From assembly GCA_963772835.1 (NCBI GenBank), contig CAVYYZ010000024.1, positions 194,853-258,852 on the forward strand: a stretch of 64,000 nucleotides of DNA, given 5' to 3'. The notes under the pieces were generated by a model, which saw only the letters and a list, made by a program, of their open reading frames with translations, did no database searches and was not told the DNA's origin. Source of the stretch: an uncultured delta proteobacterium. GTDB lineage: Bacteria; Desulfobacterota; Desulfuromonadia; Geobacterales; Pseudopelobacteraceae. The position numbers and the translations under genes were made by a program. This document shows, piece by piece, positions 33,456 through 42,196 of the stretch (its first letter is position 1; each line of letters starts with the position of its first letter).

Positions 33456-33457
33456 TC

Positions 33458-36028
33458 TCAAAGATCCCCCGTTTTACGGCGAATCGCCTCCCAGTCCTTT
33501 CCTCTTGGCATGATGAAGAGACACATACCATTACTTCGCTTCTCCCACAGCTCACCAAGTTTCCGTTTTTCATCATTCTCCGGCAAATCCCAGTCACGGC
33601 TGTTCTTGTATTCAACCGCCAGAATTTTACCGTTCTCCATCTGGCAGAGAAAATCGGGATAAAAGCGGTCGCTGCCTGTTTGCAATGAAAATGACGTTTT
33701 CTTGCACTCGACGTTGCGAACCCAGAATTTTACCGCTTCAAGTTGCGTTGCCAGAAAGAGCGCACATTCAAATTCTTCTCCGTCACCTTTCAGGTTGCCA
33801 ATTTGAGGGAAAAAGTGCTTTGGCAGCTCGGTAAAACCGCAATAGATCGAGTCGTAGGCATAGCGCCCCTCTTCAAAGACAACATGGCTTCCGTCATTAA
33901 CGGTGAATTCATCAGGAGAGAGCAAAAGATATTGATGCACCTGTTGCATAGCCAGCTTTTTACCTTCGTTGATCTTTGTCTCCAATGCGCTTCGTAGCCG
34001 GAATTTTGCATACACCAGCTCTTCCAGTGTAAAGCCGCTTGCCGTCAGCCACTCAACTGCCTTGTTTAAAAAGGCGGCTTTTTCGTCCGGCATCAGGGTT
34101 TCGTCATAGATGTTCCGTTCCAGCCAGGAGACAAGATGCACCTGATCCCAGCCAGAATGATACTCGAACAGATAGGCCTCTGCCACACCTGGCGCAAAAG
34201 AGGTGAACTTCACCTTCTCCTTTTCCAGATACATCGTGCCGCCCTGCGGTGTCTGGTTTGCCCTGGTAAATGACGTCAGATCGCTGGAAAAGTCGAGCAG
34301 GCTCCAATCCCCTTGTAGCAGATGGGTCGCCTCAAATGATTCCCACAGTTCCCCTTGCCGGAACTGCAACTGCGGCACCTTGAACAACTCTCCTTGTTCC
34401 GATGGGGTTTTTGGCGGTACTTTGCGAGGTGATCTCAAACGGGTTATGGCTTCCCGGACAGCCTGTTTCCCTTCCGGTGTCTGAAAAACATCCTGCAAAG
34501 CCTTAACCTGGGGCTCAGTAAATGTGCCCTTCAGTGTGATGGAGCCATTCTCCGGGGTAATCTCGATCTTTTTCATCAGATTGTCTGGAATAGCCTCCGG
34601 CTCGGGCAACTCAGGTGTGCTGTAGGTCAGGCTGGTTTGGTGGCTGAACAGCTCATCATCCTGTTCTTCATCCTGGATATTGATCAGTTCTCTGGTCTCC
34701 TGCCGTTCGAAGCCATTACGTACCAGGCCATCCTTGAGGCTCTCGACCGTGGCGGCAAAGTTACTCGACGTCAGATAGGCATACGCCATGTTTAGATCGG
34801 GATGATCATTCCGTGTTGCATACGGCAAACGCAGAATTCGTCCCAGTACCTGTTCCGCAGCCGTGGCCGAGCTGGTATTTCGCAACGAGCAGAGCACATA
34901 GGCAAAGGGGCAGTCCCACCCTTCGCGTAATTTGTCCACAGTGATGATGAAACGGTACGGGCAATCTTCAGCAAGAATATTCTTTCCCGCGATCTCGTCC
35001 GTAGTGCCGGTAGCGATGGCAATTTCATGCTCCGGAATATTGAAATCGTCCAGCAGCGCCTGTTTGACCCGCTCTGGCGTCAATGTTTCGTGGCCGGCGT
35101 CTTTGCGCTCTGCTTGCAGCAGCATGATCGGACGTATGTAGTTTCCACCTGCGGCATGTTCAGCTTCTGCGGCCACCTGCAACTTGTCCAGACAGCCAAT
35201 ACTGTCCCGCATGGCGTCAAGCCAGTTGGGACGTCGCACCAGCGTCAGCGGCATCTTGATCATGTCCTCAGAATGCAGGACAGAGGCGGAAACGCTGTAA
35301 AGCACGTTACTCGGCTGATAGGTGCGGTCCGGTGTCGCCGTTAGTTCCAGGATGGCGCACGGTTCGAAGCGGGCCAGGGTATCGAAGGCCAGCAGTGTCC
35401 CCTGATTGTGGGCTTCGTCCACGATGACAAAAGGTTTGCGCAGTCGCAGCACATCAACCAGAGAACCGATGCCGCGCACGGCTGCGTCAGTGATCCCCTC
35501 GAAATGCTCCATCAGGCTGCCGTTCTGCTTGTAGACGCTCAGACGTCCGGTTTCTTCCTGCTTGAAGGCCTGCATGGTGGCGACAATGATCACATTCGAG
35601 CCATTCAGCAGATGTGGAGTCATCCGCAAGGCTTCCTCGATGTCCAGCACGGTCAATTCACCCAACGCCGATGCCACTGACTGACCAAGGATTGACGATG
35701 TGTCTCGCAATGCCTTTAAAGTTTGTTCTCGGATCGGTTCCGACGGCACCAGCCAGAGGGTCAAGCTGAACGGAGAATGCAGCAGGCTCCGGTTTACCCG
35801 TTCGATTGCCATCCCCGCTACCAGCGTCTTGCCGCCGCCGGTGGGGATACGCAGGCAGATATACGGGACTGTTTCAAGGTTGCGCAATGGCCGGTAAAGC
35901 AGCGCCATACCGCGCCATTCCTGGGTGGTCTGGGCGTAGCTTTCGCGGGGAAAGCCGGTTTCACGGCAGCGTTTGAGGAACTTTTCAAACCACTCCAGCG
36001 CGTCGAACTGATATTTTTTGAGAATCAT
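33458..36028 (-). CDS. res: Type III restriction enzyme Res subunit (SF2 helicase plus PD-(D/E)xK nuclease)
   Basis: PTGGGKT, DEAH, LTATP, LREGWDCP and QVLGRILR motifs; C-terminal FYPDF...AVEYK; GGAG RBS before 36028. Confidence 0.85.
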   Translation of the reverse strand: MILKKYQFDALEWFEKFLKRCRETGFPRESYAQTTQEWRGMALLYRPLRNLETVPYICLRIPTGGGKTLVAGMAIERVNRSLLHSPFSLTLWLVPSEPIREQTLKALRDTSSILGQSVASALGELTVLDIEEALRMTPHLLNGSNVIIVATMQAFKQEETGRLSVYKQNGSLMEHFEGITDAAVRGIGSLVDVLRLRKPFVIVDEAHNQGTLLAFDTLARFEPCAILELTATPDRTYQPSNVLYSVSASVLHSEDMIKMPLTLVRRPNWLDAMRDSIGCLDKLQVAAEAEHAAGGNYIRPIMLLQAERKDAGHETLTPERVKQALLDDFNIPEHEIAIATGTTDEIAGKNILAEDCPYRFIITVDKLREGWDCPFAYVLCSLRNTSSATAAEQVLGRILRLPYATRNDHPDLNMAYAYLTSSNFAATVESLKDGLVRNGFERQETRELINIQDEEQDDELFSHQTSLTYSTPELPEPEAIPDNLMKKIEITPENGSITLKGTFTEPQVKALQDVFQTPEGKQAVREAITRLRSPRKVPPKTPSEQGELFKVPQLQFRQGELWESFEATHLLQGDWSLLDFSSDLTSFTRANQTPQGGTMYLEKEKVKFTSFAPGVAEAYLFEYHSGWDQVHLVSWLERNIYDETLMPDEKAAFLNKAVEWLTASGFTLEELVYAKFRLRSALETKINEGKKLAMQQVHQYLLLSPDEFTVNDGSHVVFEEGRYAYDSIYCGFTELPKHFFPQIGNLKGDGEEFECALFLATQLEAVKFWVRNVECKKTSFSLQTGSDRFYPDFLCQMENGKILAVEYKNSRDWDLPENDEKRKLGELWEKRSNGMCLFIMPRGKDWEAIRRKTGDL

Positions 36029-36038
36029 GGAATCTCCA

Positions 36039-36213
36039 CGTCCCGTAGGGACAGAATGATGGTAGACGGGGAATTCATTCCCCGGTTCATGTGTCACATA
36101 TTACCACCGTCACGTACGTGACGGATGAATGGGTGCGTGTCTCAAATTCGTGACGCGTTTCAAATCCGTGGGATGAATCCCACGGCTACCATCGGACGAC
36201 CCTCTGGGGCTTT
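36039..36213. repeat. ~175-bp direct repeat, copy 1, containing an inverted pair of GTAG-tagged REP-like palindromes
   Basis: GTAGACGGGGAATTCATTCCCCGG ... CCGTCACGTACGTGACGG ... CCGTGGGATGAATCCCACGGCTAC; near-identical to 36714-36887. Confidence 0.9.
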
Positions 36214-36220
36214 GTCAACA

Positions 36221-36673
36221 TCAGCCCCAGACATAACTCTCGTCATAGGCAAGATCATGCTTGTTGAGGAAATGGATGTATTCCTCTTGAAACGTTTTTG
36301 TTCGGTGATGTTCGCGCTGCCCTTCGATATACCGTTTTGTATCGGCAACCTGTGAGACGCCGACGGTAAAGGCACCGTACCCGTCTTGCCAGGCAAATGC
36401 GCTCATGTCGTTATCGGTTTCATGGATCCAACGCGACGAAGCTCCCTTGAGCAGTTGCACCGCCTTGCTGACAGACATGGTGGTCGGCAAAGCAAGCAGG
36501 ATATGTATATGGTCATCATAACCTCCTACCTGTAACGCCTTCATGCCGTTTGCGCGGGCAATGCCACCCAGATATTCCCACATTTTGGTTTCTTTTGAGG
36601 CTGGAAACCACGGTTCCCGGTTCTTGGTGCTGAAAACGATATGGTAATGCAACGCCGTGTAGGTATTGGCCAT
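36221..36673 (-). CDS. tnpA: IS200/IS605-superfamily HUH Y1 transposase (REP-associated, RAYT-like)
   Basis: YHIVFSTK.R, DHIH (HUH), WQDGY and RYIEGQ (catalytic Tyr) motifs; no tnpB; flanked by REP-like repeats. Confidence 0.88.
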   Translation of the reverse strand: MANTYTALHYHIVFSTKNREPWFPASKETKMWEYLGGIARANGMKALQVGGYDDHIHILLALPTTMSVSKAVQLLKGASSRWIHETDNDMSAFAWQDGYGAFTVGVSQVADTKRYIEGQREHHRTKTFQEEYIHFLNKHDLAYDESYVWG

Positions 36674-36713
36674 TTTGTTCTCTCTCGCCCTGTTGGTAGT
36701 TCAAATCCGTTTT

Positions 36714-36887
36714 CGTCCTGTAGGGACAGAATGATGGTAGACGGGGAATTCATTCCCCGGTTCATGTGTCACATATTACCACCGTCACGTACGTGACGGA
36801 TGAATGGGTGCGTGTCTCGAATTCGTGACGCGTTCAATTCCGTGGGATGAATCCCACGGCTACCGTCGGACGCCCCTCTGGGGCTTT
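36714..36887. repeat. ~175-bp direct repeat, copy 2, with REP-like palindromes
   Basis: Same as copy 1 apart from a few substitutions and a 1-nt indel; its last bases overlap the mod stop codon. Confidence 0.9.
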
Positions 36888-38472
36888 ATCCACCGATTTT
36901 AAGCTTGTATGGCAACTGCTTGAAGACAATCCCCTCGCGGCGCAGCCGCTCCTGGTCGATGCGGCAGGCCGTGCCGTAGATGACCTTTGGCCCGTTGTGT
37001 CCGGGCAGCGCGGCCAGAATTGTCGTGGTCAGCACATTGCCGCCCTTTTGTGTCTTGTCTTTGAGGATGCCGTTGTAGAGGAGATAGACCGCCGTGCCGT
37101 TGTGGACGCCGAGCAGCGGACTGTCCAGGGTGGCAGTAGCGGGCAACGGTCCGCCGGTTTCAGTGAAATAGACATGGCGTGCGAGATCGGCAAAGCGCAC
37201 AGTGGAACGGATATTCCCCCGTTCGTCAAAGAGCGGTTCGCTCAGTTCGCAGAAGCGGAAGCCACCGCCTAAAGCAGGGATGTCGTTGTAACCTTGTGCA
37301 ACTCGCGACAGCCGTTGTGCTGTGATATTTTGGCAGATATGGTTGTCCATCTCTACTAAGATAAAGCGGCGGTTGCCGTCATCGGCGGCGTTTTGCGCAA
37401 GTACGGCATGGCCTGTGGTGCCACTCCCAGCGAAGGAGTCGAGAATTAGAGAATCCTTGTCGGTAGTTTGGTCAATCAGCAGCTGAACCAAATCGGGCGC
37501 TTTAGGAAAGGCAAAAATCTGTGAACCAAATATGTTACGTATAGCTTGTGACCCATCGGCGGTGTATATGCCGTCAATAACGCTTGGAAAACCTGTAGAT
37601 GCGGTTTGTAACTCATCCAAAAAAACTTTTTCGCGAGGTCTTCCTGTAGCTTTTTTGGGAAAAATAATGCGGCCTTCCTTGATTTTTACACCCATAGTTT
37701 CCCGACTATAACGCCAACCGGTATTTACAGCGCAAGGGTAGCTTAAGCCTGTGATAGGGTCTTCAAGGTCGTAGTGAAGGTTGGGGCGGTCTTTTGCGTT
37801 TGCCAGACCAAGAATACTACGGCTCATCCATTCCCCTCGATGATCTTTATCAGGGTTACTGTATTTTGTTTCATCACGCGACTTACCTTTTAGCCTGCAC
37901 CCACCTGACTTTCGTGAATAAACAAATATGTACTCGTGATCTGTTGAAACGCCGGACAAAGAACGACTGTCAAGGTGTTGCCGTGCTTTCCAAATAAGTT
38001 GAGCCATAAAGTTGGCAGCACCAAAAATCTCATCCAACAACAACCTAAGCCATGCGGCCTCATTATCATCAATACTGATAAAAATAGCCCCGTCATCCCT
38101 TAGAAACTCCCGCAGCAGCGCCAGCCTTGGATACATCATGCACAACCACTTGTCATGTCGCGAGAGGTCTTCCGCTTCCCTCCCCACGGCCCTGCCCAGC
38201 CATTCCCGCATTTCGGGACTGTTGACGTTGTCGTTGTAGACCCACCCCTCGTTGCCGGTGTTGTAGGGTGGGTCGATATAGATGCACTTTACCTGCCCGG
38301 CGTAGTAGGGCAACAGCGCCTTGAGCGCCAGCAGGTTGTCCCCCTGCACCAGCAGGTTCCCGCTGCCGGGGTCACCCACGGAAAGCTCCGGGTTTTCCCG
38401 CAACAGGTGAAACGGCACCTCGCGGTGATGATTTACAACGGCTTTTTTGCCGATCCAGTCGAGTTTTGGCAT
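36886..38472 (-). CDS. mod: Type III adenine methyltransferase Mod (beta class)
   Basis: QGDNLLAL and IYIDPPYNTG (motif IV) precede the TRD, followed by FPK and LDSFAGSGTTGHAV (motif I). Confidence 0.9.
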   Translation of the reverse strand: MPKLDWIGKKAVVNHHREVPFHLLRENPELSVGDPGSGNLLVQGDNLLALKALLPYYAGQVKCIYIDPPYNTGNEGWVYNDNVNSPEMREWLGRAVGREAEDLSRHDKWLCMMYPRLALLREFLRDDGAIFISIDDNEAAWLRLLLDEIFGAANFMAQLIWKARQHLDSRSLSGVSTDHEYIFVYSRKSGGCRLKGKSRDETKYSNPDKDHRGEWMSRSILGLANAKDRPNLHYDLEDPITGLSYPCAVNTGWRYSRETMGVKIKEGRIIFPKKATGRPREKVFLDELQTASTGFPSVIDGIYTADGSQAIRNIFGSQIFAFPKAPDLVQLLIDQTTDKDSLILDSFAGSGTTGHAVLAQNAADDGNRRFILVEMDNHICQNITAQRLSRVAQGYNDIPALGGGFRFCELSEPLFDERGNIRSTVRFADLARHVYFTETGGPLPATATLDSPLLGVHNGTAVYLLYNGILKDKTQKGGNVLTTTILAALPGHNGPKVIYGTACRIDQERLRREGIVFKQLPYKLKIGG

Positions 38473-38551
38473 GGTCTCCTCATGTATACAAAAAGGCCGC
38501 CCATGCAGGAACGGCCTCATATTTCAGTTACGTGATTTCACAGACAGATAT

Positions 38552-38836
38552 CTACAATTGATTTTGTCCTGCAAGCAGTTCTTCATATCCCTGCCGATTA
38601 AGAGGGCAATCGACCAGATTAAGAAACTGAGGCTTGGTAAGGTGACATTGTCTGGCCATTTTTCCCAGCAAATCATCGCCAATGGTTTTCATCTTGGGGG
38701 TGTGGCTGGTTTTGGTCCTGGCTGTGGTCTTCTTTCCTTCGAGGGTGCAGTAATAGAAATAGCTGTGGTCGCCTTCAGTTCGGCTGAACCCCTTTGATTC
38801 GAGGGCTGACTCCACCTGCCGCTTGTCACGCTGCAC
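38552..38836 (-). CDS. HicA-like mRNA interferase toxin
   Basis: LESKGF...GDH.YF...T..SH...IGDDLL.KMARQ matches the HicA dsRBD-like pattern; GTG start overlaps the upstream gene. Confidence 0.65.
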   Translation of the reverse strand: MQRDKRQVESALESKGFSRTEGDHSYFYYCTLEGKKTTARTKTSHTPKMKTIGDDLLGKMARQCHLTKPQFLNLVDCPLNRQGYEELLAGQNQL

Positions 38837-39890
38837 TGGTAACCTCCCGCAGCGCGGCAAGCAAGTTCTGCTTTACGGCAATCGCCGCACCGGTCAACTC
38901 ATCATCGGCGGCCATAGCGTAGGTGTCCCACAAAAAGGCTATTTGTTCTCTCAGTTCCAGATCAAGCTGATCTCGGGTATAGGCATAGACGTCAATCCCC
39001 AGTTCCGGCTTTTCGAGGCAGTACAACTGCTGGGTTTCGTCAAGTTCCGGCGTCAACTCCAGCGGTTTGCTGAACTCAAATATTCTTCCGGCACACTCGA
39101 TTGTCTGGAGGTAGAAGGTGGAAAAGTCAACTTCTTCAATGCTCTCCACGTTGATGATTTTTTTCGGCAAGTCGTTTTCATCCATAATCACTTCACCCGT
39201 AACCTGAATCAATTCACGGGGTCGTTCCAGTAGCATCTCTTCAAGGGCTTCGCTGTAGGTGCATTCAAGTTCTCGGTTATTTGCTGGGTAGACAATCTTG
39301 ATCTTTCGTTCGTCAAACTGAATCTCCGACAATCGACCGGTGACGGTGCGCACCTGCCGTTCAGGGTCGGCAGCTGTAGAGAGGCATGATTTGCCGCGTT
39401 CATGCAGGGTGTCCAAAGAAACCCGGAAGATACCGGATGGTTGGGATATTCCCGCTTTGATTCCGCTTCCTGAACTGGGAGTCATGGAACGCACCGCATC
39501 AACGAATCGGTCGCGCCGGGTATTATCCGGTATCTTTGCGGCAAGCCCGGATAGTTCGCCAGTCGATATAAATGTGCAACAATCAGAGAAAAGCTCTCCA
39601 ACCGCCTCCACATCGTCGATTGCAAACAAGGTAACGGTAGGGTCGCCGATCTCTATCGGCACGATGTAGCTTCCTGGTTTAGGGAGTGAACAGAGTAGTG
39701 GGTATTTAGCGTCTACGGTTTTGTTGATACGATCACGTTGACGCACGGAGATGTTTTCATGCTGCATTGCCAGCAGGTGTACTGCCCGCTGCATCGCGCC
39801 AAGGACTTGAGTCAAGGTTGCCACCGGCAGCATCTGGCCGTCGGCGAATCGTCCCTCAAACTTTATTTCAAACTGCCTCTTTTCACTCAT
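38826..39890 (-). CDS. 354-aa protein with an uncharacterised N-terminus and a HicB-like C-terminal region; putative antitoxin
   Basis: C-terminal PELGIDVYAYTRDQL..EL.EQIAFLW..Y resembles the HicB partial RNase H fold; overlaps the hicA-like gene. Confidence 0.5.
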   Translation of the reverse strand: MSEKRQFEIKFEGRFADGQMLPVATLTQVLGAMQRAVHLLAMQHENISVRQRDRINKTVDAKYPLLCSLPKPGSYIVPIEIGDPTVTLFAIDDVEAVGELFSDCCTFISTGELSGLAAKIPDNTRRDRFVDAVRSMTPSSGSGIKAGISQPSGIFRVSLDTLHERGKSCLSTAADPERQVRTVTGRLSEIQFDERKIKIVYPANNRELECTYSEALEEMLLERPRELIQVTGEVIMDENDLPKKIINVESIEEVDFSTFYLQTIECAGRIFEFSKPLELTPELDETQQLYCLEKPELGIDVYAYTRDQLDLELREQIAFLWDTYAMAADDELTGAAIAVKQNLLAALREVTSAA

Positions 39891-39971
39891 GAAAACAGAC
39901 GCTCCAGATTAAGCACATTTAGTAGGGGAACATTTTGCATAACTAAATGAAAATGTAAACAATATTCAAGG

Positions 39972-41348
39972 TCACGGTTTCTTTTTCAGCCGCCACCCTT
40001 CCTTATTGATCTGCGGAGTCCGGGAGAGGGCCAGTGAGTCGGGCGGCACATCGATTGTCACGGTTGTGCCGGCAGCGACCAGTGAGTTGCGGCCGACGCT
40101 GACCGGCGCCACCAGCTGCACATCGCTGCCGATAAATACGTCATCGCCGATAACGGTGCGATGTTTGTTGACGCCGTCATAGTTGCAGGTAATCGTGCCG
40201 CAGCCGATATTGACATTACGGCCGATGTCGGCATCACCAAGATACGTAAGGTGCGAGGCTTTTGAACCTTCACCCATGATGATTTTCTTGGTTTCGACGA
40301 AGTTGCCGATCTTCACTTTATTGCCAAGGGTCGTACCGGGGCGCAGATGAGCCATCGGCCCGATTGCAACATCTTCACCCAGTACGGAACTTTCCAGCAC
40401 GGAAGCGGTTTTGATATGGCAATCATCTCCAATCCGGCAGCCGGTGATGCTGACTCCACCCTCAATCTCGCAGTTGCACCCGATGACCGTACCCCCGCCG
40501 ATCCGGCATCCGGGGTGGATAGTCGTATCGGCACCGATGACAACACCGTGATCAATATACGTCTGCTCCGGATCGATGATGGTGACGCCGTTCAGCATAT
40601 GTTCGCGGGTAATGCGGCGACGCAGAATCCGGCCGGCTTCTGCAAGCTGGACCCGGTCGTTTACACCCATAATTTCGTCGGCATCGCCGGTCTGAAGCGC
40701 CAGGCAGGTCAATCCTTTTTTGACGGCTATCGCCAGCAGATCAGTCAGATAATATTCCCCCTGGGCATTGTCGTTGCCGATCCCTCTGATATTGGTGAAC
40801 AAAAAGTCGGAATCCATACAGTAAATGCCGCTATTGATCTCACGGATCTCCTGCTCTTCCGGGTCGGCATCCTTCTGCTCGACGATACGTGTTACCCGGC
40901 CGGTTTGATCACGAATGACGCGGCCGTAGCCATAGGGGTCATCCATACTCGCGGTCAGTACCGTTACCGCCGCACGGTTGTCATGATGGTATGCCAGCAT
41001 GTTTTTCAAGGTTTCTGAACGCAGCAGCGGAGTGTCTCCGCAGAGGATCAGAACTGTGCCGCGGAAACCGGCCAGCACTTCCAGTGCGCAGGCGACGGCA
41101 TGCCCGGTGCCGAGCTGTTCTTCCTGCATTGCGCAGAGAATATCTGCCGCGCCGCGAAAGACACCCTGAACGGCATTGGCCTGATGACCGATTACCAGAA
41201 CGATGGGGTCTGAGCCCGCGTCACGGGCGGCGGCGACCGGCCAGAAAATCATGGGCAAACCGGCAACAGGATGAAGGACCTTGATCAGTCCCGATTTCAT
41301 GCGGGTGCCTTTTCCGGCGGCGAGTACAACTGAGGCGATAGATTTCAT
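39972..41348 (-). CDS. glmU: Bifunctional UDP-GlcNAc pyrophosphorylase / GlcN-1-P acetyltransferase
   Basis: LAAGKGTRMKS, QLGTGHAV, EYYLTD, GNFVE and CNYDG motifs; hexapeptide repeats. Confidence 0.97.
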   Translation of the reverse strand: MKSIASVVLAAGKGTRMKSGLIKVLHPVAGLPMIFWPVAAARDAGSDPIVLVIGHQANAVQGVFRGAADILCAMQEEQLGTGHAVACALEVLAGFRGTVLILCGDTPLLRSETLKNMLAYHHDNRAAVTVLTASMDDPYGYGRVIRDQTGRVTRIVEQKDADPEEQEIREINSGIYCMDSDFLFTNIRGIGNDNAQGEYYLTDLLAIAVKKGLTCLALQTGDADEIMGVNDRVQLAEAGRILRRRITREHMLNGVTIIDPEQTYIDHGVVIGADTTIHPGCRIGGGTVIGCNCEIEGGVSITGCRIGDDCHIKTASVLESSVLGEDVAIGPMAHLRPGTTLGNKVKIGNFVETKKIIMGEGSKASHLTYLGDADIGRNVNIGCGTITCNYDGVNKHRTVIGDDVFIGSDVQLVAPVSVGRNSLVAAGTTVTIDVPPDSLALSRTPQINKEGWRLKKKP

Positions 41349-41605
41349 GCGATCGGCTCCATACAAAAAATGTGGGAAATGCGCCCGGACACTTTATGCG
41401 ATTGATAACCAAAGCGTCAAGAGATTAGCACAGTTGCGAAGACATGACCCATCTTTAACCTTTACTTATCCGCTCGATTGGCTATAGTACTTCCGTTTGC
41501 GTCATTGACGCCGCGCGCCCCGATAAAACGGGCTGACAACTGATAACGAACTGTTTTCTATTCTGAATCAACAGAAAACAGGTATCACTTACCAAGGGTT
41601 ACCCG

Positions 41606-42166
41606 ATGGCGATTGCAGAGGATGTCCTCATCCTTGACAAAAAAATGAATGAACTGATCACAAAGTACGAACAGTACTTTATCGGTCTCGAAAAACGGGA
41701 GCCGCTCCAACTGGTGGGCGAGGTCGAAAAGCTGGTGCGGCGCTACAGCGGCGTGCCGATCAATAACACCATGTACAAACACCGCTTCACCATGCTGGTG
41801 GCCCGACTCAACACCTATCGTGAACATTGGAACCGGATTCTGAAGTTGATTGAGGAGGGGCGTTATTCACGGGACCGTTTTATCAGGGATCTGCACCTGC
41901 GACAGAAAACTATGCCCGTGAAGAAAGAACCCGATTCTCCGCAGGCGACAGATGATTCAGATATTGATCGCCTCGTCCACGAATTCCGTGAAGCCCGTAA
42001 GGCCTGTAACCTGCCGGTCGACAGGATTACCCGGGAGTTGGTTGCGGCAACAATTGATAAACAGAAACCGGCCCTGGCCGCTAAACTCGGCACCGATCAT
42101 CTCGCATTCAGGGTCGTTATTGAAGATGGGAAACCAAAACTGAAAGCCGGACTTCGAAAACATTGA
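41606..42166 (+). CDS. MXAN_5187 C-terminal-like domain protein
   Basis: YEQYFIGLEKREP near the N-terminus and FRVVIEDGKPKLKA at the C-terminus. Confidence 0.7.
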   Translation: MAIAEDVLILDKKMNELITKYEQYFIGLEKREPLQLVGEVEKLVRRYSGVPINNTMYKHRFTMLVARLNTYREHWNRILKLIEEGRYSRDRFIRDLHLRQKTMPVKKEPDSPQATDDSDIDRLVHEFREARKACNLPVDRITRELVAATIDKQKPALAAKLGTDHLAFRVVIEDGKPKLKAGLRKH

Positions 42167-42196
42167 TGGTCTGAACTGTCCGGCACTGATACCACT

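Noticed and set aside
36029..36097. Longer res N-terminus (MTHEPGNEF...) given in the ORF track
   Set aside because: It lies inside the repeat element; the ATG at 36028 has its own RBS.
36221..36673. IS605-type element with TnpB/omega RNA
   Set aside because: No tnpB or iscB ORF is adjacent; the flanks are REP-like direct repeats.
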